A stretch of 64,000 nucleotides of DNA, from assembly GCA_028692555.1 (NCBI GenBank), contig JAQUXE010000002.1, positions 1 to 64,000 of the forward strand, given 5' to 3'. Shown one piece after another: positions 56,417 to 64,000 of the stretch. This stretch comes from Minisyncoccota bacterium. GTDB taxonomy: Bacteria > Patescibacteriota > Minisyncoccia > Minisyncoccales > Minisyncoccaceae. The position numbers and the translations under genes are program-made. How positions within the stretch are numbered: position 1 is the first letter of the stretch; each line of letters starts with the position of its first letter. The notes under the pieces are model-generated. The model did not search any database. It had not been told where the DNA came from and saw nothing but the letters and a program-made list of their open reading frames with translations.

Positions 56417-57152
56417 CAAAATAATAATATTTTGTTTTGCGGGACTTTTAATAATCTCTTCTATTTGGTTTTATTTATTCTTTTTAGAAGATAATATAAT
56501 GAGCTTTGAAGAAAAACTAATAACAGCTAGTCAAGATAGTGATGTTGTTGTTATTTTTAATTCTGGTGGCTGGGGAACCATTCCTTTTGAGAATGCGATG
56601 GATTTTAATCCAATAATAAATGAAGTCAAAGAATTAATTGAAGATCAGGGACTTAAGGTATCAATTGTTGAGTATCATAGAACTAAAGAGAGCATTATCG
56701 GCAAGCTTGGCTCACTTAGAGAAATATTGCAAGGATTTCCAAGTAGTTCGAGCTCTTTTGCTAGGGCAATTGATGATTTTTTAGAGAATAATCCAGGAGA
56801 TAAGGTTATTATAGCTGGGCTAAGTAATGGTGCTGCTTTTGCTAATTCAGCAATAGAGAAAATAGAAAAAAACAAAGAAAGTGTTTTTTCCATAGAACTA
56901 GGAGCTCCTTTCTGGAAAAAGAAAACAGAAGGAATTAATATGTTGGGAATAAATAATCAAAATGATATTTTAGCTAATGGTCAGATAGGTGGATTACTAT
57001 TTTCTTTATTTAGAGCACCATTTATTTGGACCTATGAAAACATTAAGGGAAATAAGACATCTTTTTCAGAAGCGATGAATATTTCAGGGCACGATTATTA
57101 TTGGGAAGAACATAAAGAAGAAATCACCTTGTTTATTAAAGAAAGAATCTAG
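56403..57152 (+). CDS. membrane-anchored hypothetical protein, possible alpha/beta-hydrolase (GLSNG nucleophile-elbow-like motif)
   Basis: 249 aa. N-terminal TM anchor. GxSxG-like GLSNG. Otherwise unrecognised. Confidence 0.3.
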   Translation: MRKRDKIIIFCFAGLLIISSIWFYLFFLEDNIMSFEEKLITASQDSDVVVIFNSGGWGTIPFENAMDFNPIINEVKELIEDQGLKVSIVEYHRTKESIIGKLGSLREILQGFPSSSSSFARAIDDFLENNPGDKVIIAGLSNGAAFANSAIEKIEKNKESVFSIELGAPFWKKKTEGINMLGINNQNDILANGQIGGLLFSLFRAPFIWTYENIKGNKTSFSEAMNISGHDYYWEEHKEEITLFIKERI

Positions 57153-57205
57153 CAATGAAGATAAAATTTCTTGATTAGAGAGTTGATTTGTAATACAATA
57201 CAGGT

Positions 57206-58216
57206 ATGGATTTTGATTTTAAGCAGAAAATATTATTACTATTTTCTTTAGTCCTGGGAACAATTGTCTTCCTTTGGTTTGGAAAAATAGTCGGATGGGA
57301 AGAGATAAGGGAGTCATTTTCTGTTTTTAATATATATCAAGCAATTTTTATCCTTTTTTTATCTTTTATTATTATTTTTATTGGTAATTGGAGATGGAAA
57401 GAAATACTTAAGGACTCTGGAGAGAAGGCTAATTTTTGGTCACTATTTAAAATATACTTAGGTGGATATGCAATGATGTATCTTCTTCCTATTATAGTTT
57501 GGGGAGGTGAGGGATATAGAGTGTATAGATTGTCTAAAGATAATGAAATTTCTTGGCAAAAGTCATTTTCCTCAGTTTTTATTGAAAGAATTCTAGAATG
57601 GACAGCAAACATCATTGTTATTTTATTAGGAATAACTTTCTTTTTGTTTAACTTTTATTTACCCTCAAAAGAGCTGATGATTGTATTTGGAGCATCTTTA
57701 TTTATCTTTATTCTTTTTATTGGATATTTTTATTTTAAGGCAATTGGTAAAAAAAGCATAATTAGGCAAGTGTGTAAAACTTTCTTAAGAAAAGAAATTA
57801 AAGACGGTAATAGTTTTCTTAGTGTTGAAGAAGATGTTTTTAATTATTTTGATTTAAGAAACAAGTCCTTTTACAAGGGAATGGCAATATCTTTCCTAAG
57901 AGCTTTTGCAATGCAAGCAAGGGCATGGATATTGATATTTTTCCTAGGAAGCATTACTGGATTTTTGCCATCATTATCAATTTTAGGATTTACATATCTC
58001 TCTGCAATGATACCTATTCCAACAGCTCTTGGATCTCATGAGGCCCTTCAATACTTTGCTTTTGGTGCACTAGGAATTTCTGTTTCAATTGTAACTGCAT
58101 TTACAATGATTATTAGAGGAGCCGAAGTGATTATTTCTTCAATTGGAATTATTTTTATAATCAAAACAGGATTTAATTTTTTAGGCGATAAAATTATTAA
58201 GAACGACAATGAATAA
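57206..58216 (+). CDS. polytopic membrane protein (UPF0104 / lysylphosphatidylglycerol-synthase-TM-like, flippase-like)
   Basis: 336 aa, ~8 hydrophobic helices. Arrangement reminiscent of UPF0104 family. Confidence 0.4.
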   Translation: MDFDFKQKILLLFSLVLGTIVFLWFGKIVGWEEIRESFSVFNIYQAIFILFLSFIIIFIGNWRWKEILKDSGEKANFWSLFKIYLGGYAMMYLLPIIVWGGEGYRVYRLSKDNEISWQKSFSSVFIERILEWTANIIVILLGITFFLFNFYLPSKELMIVFGASLFIFILFIGYFYFKAIGKKSIIRQVCKTFLRKEIKDGNSFLSVEEDVFNYFDLRNKSFYKGMAISFLRAFAMQARAWILIFFLGSITGFLPSLSILGFTYLSAMIPIPTALGSHEALQYFAFGALGISVSIVTAFTMIIRGAEVIISSIGIIFIIKTGFNFLGDKIIKNDNE

Positions 58217-58829
58217 AATTATTAAAAATTTAATATTAACTGACATTGCCTTTTGGACTGGCTGGGGAATGATTACACCTGTTTTTGCTATATTTATTGT
58301 TGACAGGATTGTTGGAGGAACAGCATTGACTGTTGGAATTGCTGTAGCAATATATTGGACACTCAGAGCTTTATTAGTTTTTCCTTTTGCAAAAATAATA
58401 GACAAATATCAAGGACAAAAAGATGATTATTTATTTTTAGTTTCGGGAAACTTCTTAGCTGCCCTGGTTCCTTTTGGATATATTTTTGCAATTTATCCAT
58501 GGCATATATATGTTTTGCAAATTGCCTATGGAGTTGGAATGGCAATGGCTTTTGTTGGATGGAGAACAATGTTTACAAGAAATATTGTTAAAGGAAAAGA
58601 AGCAAGTCAATGGGCTGTAAATGAAGCTACGCTAGGGCTCGGAACAGCGCTAGCAGGAATATTTACCGGTTTTGCAATAACTCAATGGGGATATGTTGTT
58701 GCTTTTAGCGTTGCCGGATCTCTTGCAATGATTAGCGTTATTGTTCTTTTATGTCTAAGAAAAGAAATTGAGGGAGTTTTTAATAGAAGGTTTCCTTTTA
58801 ATATCGTAGATATCTTTAGAGGAGAATGA
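58209..58829 (+). CDS. 6-TM membrane protein (MFS-like half transporter?)
   Basis: 206 aa, six hydrophobic helices. Overlaps neighbours on both sides. Confidence 0.35.
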   Translation: MNKIIKNLILTDIAFWTGWGMITPVFAIFIVDRIVGGTALTVGIAVAIYWTLRALLVFPFAKIIDKYQGQKDDYLFLVSGNFLAALVPFGYIFAIYPWHIYVLQIAYGVGMAMAFVGWRTMFTRNIVKGKEASQWAVNEATLGLGTALAGIFTGFAITQWGYVVAFSVAGSLAMISVIVLLCLRKEIEGVFNRRFPFNIVDIFRGE

Positions 58830-60511
58830 AAAATCAAGAAATAGCGCAAATTTTATTTGAAATTGGTGATTTATTGGACTTACAAGAAGTTCCATTTAAG
58901 CCAGAGGCATATAAGAAAGCAGCTATTGCGATTGATTTATTAGAGGAAAATATTGATTTAATATATCAAAAAGAAGGCATAAAAGGATTAGAAAAGATTG
59001 GGGGAGTTGGTAAAAGCATTGCCCTTTCAATTGAAGAATACTTAAAAACAAATAAGATAGCTTTCTATAAGCAACTTAAAAAAGAATCACCAGTTAATCT
59101 GGAAGAATTATTAAAAGTTGAAGGGCTTGGTGTTAAAAAAATTAAAAAGCTTTATCAACAGTTAAAAATTAGAAACTTGAAGGACTTAGAAAAAGCCATT
59201 GAAGACAATAAAATAGCGCCATTGTTTGGTTTTGGAGAAAAGACAGAGCAAAATATTTTAGAATCAATTAAGTTTCTAAGACAAGGTCAGGATAAATTTC
59301 TTTTAAGGGACACATTAAAAGAGATAGATTTGGTAAGTGAAAAAATTAAAAGAATAAAAGAGGTTGTTGATTTTAGTGTTGCTGGCTCTGTAAGAAGAAA
59401 AAAGGAGATTATTGGAGATGTTGATTTTCTCGTTTCAATTGAAGACACAAGTAATAAATATGTAGTTGAGAAGGTAATGAATACTTTTGTGACGATGGAT
59501 AATGTAGTTAAAGTTATTGGAAAAGGAGAAACAAAATCATCAATAAAGACAAGTAATAATTTAAATATGGACTTAAGATTAGTTAGCGCCACTTCTTTTG
59601 GTGCAGCACTACAATACTTTACTGGTTCTAAGGACCATAATATCGCTTTAAGGAGGATTGCAATCAAAAAAGGATACAAGCTTAATGAGTATGGGCTTTT
59701 TAATGGAGACAAGAAGATAGCGGGGCAAACAGAAGAGGGTGTTTATGAGAAGCTTGGGCTTCAATTCGTTCCTCCAGAATTAAGAGAAAATCAGGGTGAA
59801 ATTAATTTAGCTATCAATAATGAAGTTCCTGATTTAGTAAGCTCTGTCAAAGGAGATCTTCATTGCCACACATCTTATAATGGTGGAGAGAATACAATAG
59901 AAGAAATGGCTGAAGAAGCAATTAAAATGGGTTATTCTTATTTGGGAATTACTGATCATAGCAAATCATTAAGAATTGAAAATGGGCTAGATGAGAAAAG
60001 ATTATTAGAGCAAAAAAAAGAAATAGATAAGTTGAATAAAAAGTATACTAATTTTAAATTGCTTTCGGGAGTAGAGGTAGACATTTTAAAAGATGGTTCA
60101 TTAGATATTGATAATGATGTATTAAAAGTCCTTGATTACGTTTCTATTAGTGTTCATTCTGGTTTTAAAATGACAAAAGAAGAAATGACTAAAAGAATAC
60201 TTAAGGCAATGGACAATTCTTATGTTAAAACACTAAATCATCCCACAGGTGCTATTATAGGGAAAAGAGAGAGTTATTTAGTTGATATGGAATTAATAAT
60301 TAAAAAGGCAAAGGAAAGAAACATTGCCCTAGAGATTAATTCATATAGGTGTGATTTAAATAGCCAGCTAGCAAAAATGGCTAAGAATTCAGGAGTAAAA
60401 TTAGTAATTAATAGTGATGCACATAATAAAAAAGAATTGCACGATATTCAATTTGGAATATATATTGCAAGGAGGGCAGGGTTAACAAAAGAAGATATAT
60501 ATGAAATATAA
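58826..60511 (+). CDS. polX: family X DNA polymerase with C-terminal PHP domain (PolX)
   Basis: 561 aa. HhH motifs (GVGKSIA, GLGVKKI), PolX catalytic Asp region (GDVDFLV), PHP His/Asp motifs (GDLHCHTSYNGG; ITDHS). Confidence 0.85.
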   Translation: MKNQEIAQILFEIGDLLDLQEVPFKPEAYKKAAIAIDLLEENIDLIYQKEGIKGLEKIGGVGKSIALSIEEYLKTNKIAFYKQLKKESPVNLEELLKVEGLGVKKIKKLYQQLKIRNLKDLEKAIEDNKIAPLFGFGEKTEQNILESIKFLRQGQDKFLLRDTLKEIDLVSEKIKRIKEVVDFSVAGSVRRKKEIIGDVDFLVSIEDTSNKYVVEKVMNTFVTMDNVVKVIGKGETKSSIKTSNNLNMDLRLVSATSFGAALQYFTGSKDHNIALRRIAIKKGYKLNEYGLFNGDKKIAGQTEEGVYEKLGLQFVPPELRENQGEINLAINNEVPDLVSSVKGDLHCHTSYNGGENTIEEMAEEAIKMGYSYLGITDHSKSLRIENGLDEKRLLEQKKEIDKLNKKYTNFKLLSGVEVDILKDGSLDIDNDVLKVLDYVSISVHSGFKMTKEEMTKRILKAMDNSYVKTLNHPTGAIIGKRESYLVDMELIIKKAKERNIALEINSYRCDLNSQLAKMAKNSGVKLVINSDAHNKKELHDIQFGIYIARRAGLTKEDIYEI

Positions 60512-61391
60512 ATGTTTATTACTTTTTTCTGGTGGGCTTGATTCTATGCTTGCAGCAAAGATATTAGAAGACGATGGTGTTAAGGTTATACCGATATGCT
60601 TTAAGAGCTCATTCTTTTCTTGTGAGCAAGCACAAAAATCTGCCAAAAAGATTGGTCTTAAATTAAGAATAGAAGATATTAGTGACACGCACTTGCGTAT
60701 TATTAAAAAGCCAAAATATGGTAGAGGCAAAGGATTTAATCCTTGCATAGATTGTCATTTGTTAATGATAAAAACTGCAGGAAGAATAATGAAGAAAGAG
60801 GGCTTTGACTTTATAGCCACTGGTGAAGTTTTAGGTCAGCGTCCAATGTCTCAAAATATTAATGCTCTTAAAATAATTGATAAAGCAGCAAAGCTTAGCA
60901 ATTTAATTGTAAGGCCATTGTCAGCTAAATTATTACCTCCAACTATTTTAGGTGATGGTAAATATTCAATATCTGGAAAATCAAGGGAGATGCAATTGAA
61001 ATTAGCTAAGAAGTTTAGAATTAAAGAATATCCAAGTCCAGCAGGGGGATGTATACTGACGGACATAAACTATTCAATTAATCTTAAAAAATTGATGGAT
61101 ATTAATCCCTCCTTCTCACATAACGATGTCTTAATATTAAGGCAAGGAAGGGTTTTTTGGGAAAAAGATTTATTAATTATTGTAGCAAGAAATGAAAGTG
61201 AATCTAATGAGCTGCCTAAGCTTAAGAAAAGGGTAGATGTTACTTTAGTGCCAGACAATTTTCCTGGTCCGACGGTGCTTGTTCGTAAGTACAAAAAATC
61301 ATCTCGAGAAGAGATGATTGATTGTGGTGTTAAGTATATTACGAAATATTCTAAAAATATTACGCCTTCACCCGTTCTAAAATTTTTATAA
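60501..61391 (+). CDS. PP-loop ATP pyrophosphatase, ThiI-like tRNA sulfurtransferase catalytic domain (no THUMP domain)
   Basis: 296 aa. PP-loop SGGLDS; NPCIDCH and FIATGEVLGQRPMSQNINAL...IVRPL resemble ThiI C-terminal half. Confidence 0.45.
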   Translation: MKYKCLLLFSGGLDSMLAAKILEDDGVKVIPICFKSSFFSCEQAQKSAKKIGLKLRIEDISDTHLRIIKKPKYGRGKGFNPCIDCHLLMIKTAGRIMKKEGFDFIATGEVLGQRPMSQNINALKIIDKAAKLSNLIVRPLSAKLLPPTILGDGKYSISGKSREMQLKLAKKFRIKEYPSPAGGCILTDINYSINLKKLMDINPSFSHNDVLILRQGRVFWEKDLLIIVARNESESNELPKLKKRVDVTLVPDNFPGPTVLVRKYKKSSREEMIDCGVKYITKYSKNITPSPVLKFL

Positions 61392-61707
61392 ACAAATCGC
61401 TGTTTTCTCTAGCTAATTGAGATAATATTTTTCTGTCTACTTCAATAGCATTCTTTTTTAATAGAGCGATGAATTTACTATAAGTTGTTCCATTTTGTCT
61501 GCAGATTGCATTAATCTGAACTTGCCAAAGCTGTCTTTTTACTCTTTTCTTTACCTTTCTATCTCTATAAGCATAAGCCCATGCTTTTAATAGAGCTTGT
61601 TTTGCTGCAACATACTTGGATTTTCTACTCCACTTATATCCCTTAGCAGCTTTTATTACTTTTTTTCTTCTTTTGTTTGCGGCAACGCCTCTTTTTACTC
61701 TTACCAT
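61360..61707 (-). CDS. rplT: 50S ribosomal protein L20
   Basis: 115 aa. MVRVKRGVAANKRRKKVIKAAKGY... classic L20. Confidence 0.9.
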   Translation of the reverse strand: MVRVKRGVAANKRRKKVIKAAKGYKWSRKSKYVAAKQALLKAWAYAYRDRKVKKRVKRQLWQVQINAICRQNGTTYSKFIALLKKNAIEVDRKILSQLARENSDLFIKILERVKA

Positions 61708-61711
61708 ATTT

Positions 61712-61903
61712 TTATACTCCTAATAATTTTTTAATCTTCTTTGCTTCTGGAGCTGACATTTCTACCATTTTCTTTAAACTTCTTTTTTTGTCTGAAGATT
61801 TTTTAGATAAAAGGTGATCTTGTCCAACAGCTCTTCTTAGAACTTTTCCCGACTTTGTTACTTTGAATCTTTTTGTTAATGATTTTCTTGTTTTTTCTTT
61901 CAT
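61712..61903 (-). CDS. rpmI: 50S ribosomal protein L35
   Basis: 63 aa basic protein. infC-rpmI-rplT synteny. Confidence 0.85.
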   Translation of the reverse strand: MKEKTRKSLTKRFKVTKSGKVLRRAVGQDHLLSKKSSDKKRSLKKMVEMSAPEAKKIKKLLGV

Positions 61904-61904
61904 A

Positions 61905-62414
61905 TTATTTTTTTAATATAGTCACTGATAGTCCCTTTGGCTCTTTTTTAATTTCCTTCTCAATTTTAATCTCTACTTTTTCTCCCAATAATTGAATAAA
62001 CTTTTTAATTTTCTCTAATCCAATATTTGATAATTGTTTTTCTCTTCCTTTTAATCTTAATTCAACATTAATTTTGTCTCCTTTGTTCAAAAACTTTTCT
62101 GTAGCTAATATTCTTGTTAGCATATCATTGTCAGAAATATTAAATGACAATCTTATATTCTTTGTTTCTCCGTGTTTGCTCCCAGCAATATTCTTTCTTT
62201 CTTTCTTTTTGAGGGAATAAAGGTACTTGCCGTAGTCACCAATCTTGCATATTGGCGGCACGGCCTTATCGGTCACCATAATTAGATCAAGTCCTTTTTC
62301 TTTTGACATTGCTAGGGCTTCTGGTAAATTAAAAATGCCTAACTGCTGGCCATCTTCACCGACTAATCTGATCTCTTCTGCTCTTATTTGATTGTTGTAT
62401 TGTGGTTTATTCAA
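61905..62414 (-). CDS. infC: translation initiation factor IF-3
   Basis: 169 aa. IRAEEIRLVGEDGQQLGI N-domain. ORF as given begins with non-ATG (TTG) start, consistent with atypical starts of infC. Confidence 0.85.
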   Translation of the reverse strand: MNKPQYNNQIRAEEIRLVGEDGQQLGIFNLPEALAMSKEKGLDLIMVTDKAVPPICKIGDYGKYLYSLKKKERKNIAGSKHGETKNIRLSFNISDNDMLTRILATEKFLNKGDKINVELRLKGREKQLSNIGLEKIKKFIQLLGEKVEIKIEKEIKKEPKGLSVTILKK

Positions 62415-62772
62415 TTTTAATTGTGGAGGTGGCGAGTAATGAGCCCGCGTCCAAAAATTATTCGATAATAACTCTACAAGCTTATTCCAATTTAATTTTT
62501 ACAAGTGTTTAAGACTATAAAATTGGAAGAAATGTCTTAACCTTGAATCCAGATTTTTTCAAGCAACATGTTCTGAATTAAAACATATTGCCGGTCCCGC
62601 GATGTTTGTGCCCTTTACTACCCAGCGAGAATCGGTAGGAGGACATGCACTAAGCGTATGCTAATGCAGGTTCTTCAAATAAGTTGTTTACACTTAATTG
62701 TTTTCTCGAAGTTTTACGAGTTTTGAGATGGCTCGGCTTGCATATTATTTTCAAATCCTTGTCAAAGCGAAT

Positions 62773-63234
62773 TCACCCCCTTGTGCTTATCTCGCTTTTT
62801 ATCTTTCTTTCTACTTCTCTTTTCTTAATGGATTCTCTTTTGTCAAACTTCTTCTTTCCTTTGGCTAAACCAAATTCCAGCTTTATTTTGTATGTCCCAG
62901 TATAAACTGAAAGTGGCACTAAAGTCAAGCCCTTTTCTTTGATTTTTCCTGTTAAATAATCGATTTCTTCTCTATTTAATAAAAGCTTTCTTGGTCTTTG
63001 TGGATCGTAAGATTTGTCTATGTTAGCAGACTGATAAGGGGGAATATTGACTCCAACCCAAAAAGCCTCAAAAAAACCTTTATTATTAGGCTTTATTTCT
63101 ATATATGTGCCTGACAAACTGATTCCTCTAGTTCTTAAAGACTTTACTTCTTGCCCATTTAAGACTAAACCAGCTTGAAACTTTTCAAGGATTTCATAGT
63201 CATAATAGGCTTTTTTGTTGTTAATCTTGTTCAT
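62773..63234 (-). CDS. smpB: SsrA-binding protein SmpB
   Basis: 153 aa. N-terminus KKAYYDYEILEKFQAGLVLNGQEVKS; C-terminal basic tail. Confidence 0.9.
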   Translation of the reverse strand: MNKINNKKAYYDYEILEKFQAGLVLNGQEVKSLRTRGISLSGTYIEIKPNNKGFFEAFWVGVNIPPYQSANIDKSYDPQRPRKLLLNREEIDYLTGKIKEKGLTLVPLSVYTGTYKIKLEFGLAKGKKKFDKRESIKKREVERKIKSEISTRG

Positions 63235-63306
63235 ACATTTCCATTCTATACGATTTTTTGTTAAAATAAAAGGATAAAAATAGATAATTAATTTGTCAAG
63301 AAAAAA

Positions 63307-64000
63307 ATGAGCATAAGAGCAGAAATTAAAAAAAATATCTTAGAAGCTTTAAAGCTCTTAGGATACGAAGAAAATATACCCATTAAAATAGTTCGTCCTC
63401 AAAAATCTTCCTTTGGAGATTATTCTGTTAGTGTTGCGATGGAGTTAGGAAAAAGCAACGGGGATAATCCAATGAAGATAGCAGAGAAAATAAAGGAAAA
63501 GATAAAGGGAAAATATTTTGATAAAATAGAGGTTGTCTATCCTGGATTTATAAATTTCTATATCTCTCCTAAATATTTTTTTAAAGAGATTAAAGAAGCT
63601 TTTGAGAAGAAAGATGATTTTGGGCAATTTCCTAAAAAAAAGAAAAAAGTTCAAGTCGAGTTTATTTCCGCTAATCCAACTGGGCCATTAACAGTTGGAA
63701 ATGGAAGAGGAGGTCCTTTTGGTGATGTTTTGGCCAATGTTCTCAAAAAATATGGATACGAAGTTAAAAAAGCATATTATGTTAACGACCACGGAAAACA
63801 AATATTATCTCTTGGTCATTCTGTTTTAAAAGATGAAGAAGCTAAGTATAATGGAGAATATATTGATAAATTAAATAAGAAAATAAAAGGCAAAGATCCT
63901 TATAAAGTTGGAAAAGAAGCAGCTAAAATAATTTTAAATGAAATTATCAAGAAGACAGTAAAAAGATTAAATGTTAGTTTTGATGAATGGTTTTCTGAAA
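63307..64000 (+). CDS. argS: arginine--tRNA ligase, N-terminal part (runs off window)
   Basis: Not in ORF track (no stop in window). ATG at 63307 gives MSIRAEIKKNILEALK...; add-1 domain pattern and class I motif region ISANPTGPLTVGNGRGG (HIGH-equivalent). Confidence 0.85.
   Translation, partial: MSIRAEIKKNILEALKLLGYEENIPIKIVRPQKSSFGDYSVSVAMELGKSNGDNPMKIAEKIKEKIKGKYFDKIEVVYPGFINFYISPKYFFKEIKEAFEKKDDFGQFPKKKKKVQVEFISANPTGPLTVGNGRGGPFGDVLANVLKKYGYEVKKAYYVNDHGKQILSLGHSVLKDEEAKYNGEYIDKLNKKIKGKDPYKVGKEAAKIILNEIIKKTVKRLNVSFDEWFSE

Overview
AT-rich, gene-dense chromosomal window, roughly one-third GC by eye. It uses the standard genetic code: TGA is a stop, e.g. at the end of atpD (48322). Gene content (minimal YidC, stand-alone 5'-3' exonuclease, short ATP synthase delta subunit, many overlapping genes, T4SS-like genes) suggests a reduced-genome bacterium, possibly a Candidate Phyla Radiation/Patescibacteria lineage; this is inference only. 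The window contains the chromosomal replication origin: rpmH-rnpA-yidC-jag (minus) diverges from dnaA-dnaN (plus), and there are two perfect DnaA boxes in the dnaA-dnaN spacer. Housekeeping content includes tRNA-Lys(CTT), rpsO-pnp, rsmA, class A PBP, tyrS, ruvC-yebC, ruvB, ruvA, mutM, holA, a Mur ligase, a complete F1Fo ATP synthase operon (atpB-atpZ-like-atpE-F-H-A-G-D-C), greA, mltG, polX, infC-rpmI-rplT, smpB and the 5' part of argS. Accessory content worth attention: (1) A ~14 kb type-IV-secretion-like surface-structure locus (6868-20899) next to the origin. It has a minus-strand operon of three paralogous proteins sharing a VirB2/TrbC-pilin-like N-domain fused to large, variable, cysteine-rich ectodomains; one is 806 aa with a canonical EF-hand/dockerin-type Ca loop. 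It also has a distant paralog at 171-578, a VirB6/TrbL-like polytopic protein, a small 2-TM VirB3/TcpE-like protein and a VirB4-type ATPase split into two ORFs 1 nt apart. No relaxase or coupling protein is present, and an IS481-family insertion sits inside the locus. (2) An AbiL/RloAB-like two-gene putative anti-phage module (ABC-type ATPase + RloB/TOPRIM-like partner) with its own near-consensus promoter and an essentially leaderless start, immediately after the atp operon. (3) A divergent Elp3 (radical-SAM/GNAT) and Trm9-like methyltransferase pair, implying eukaryote/archaea-style mcm5U34 tRNA modification. Other observations: a 34-bp perfect palindrome built from TTGACTA repeats between ruvB and yebC-ruvC, a GraL-like terminator/antiterminator leader in front of greA, a catalytically degenerate DHH-like protein coupled to pilB, and an orphan truncated YafQ-like toxin directly abutting murE.
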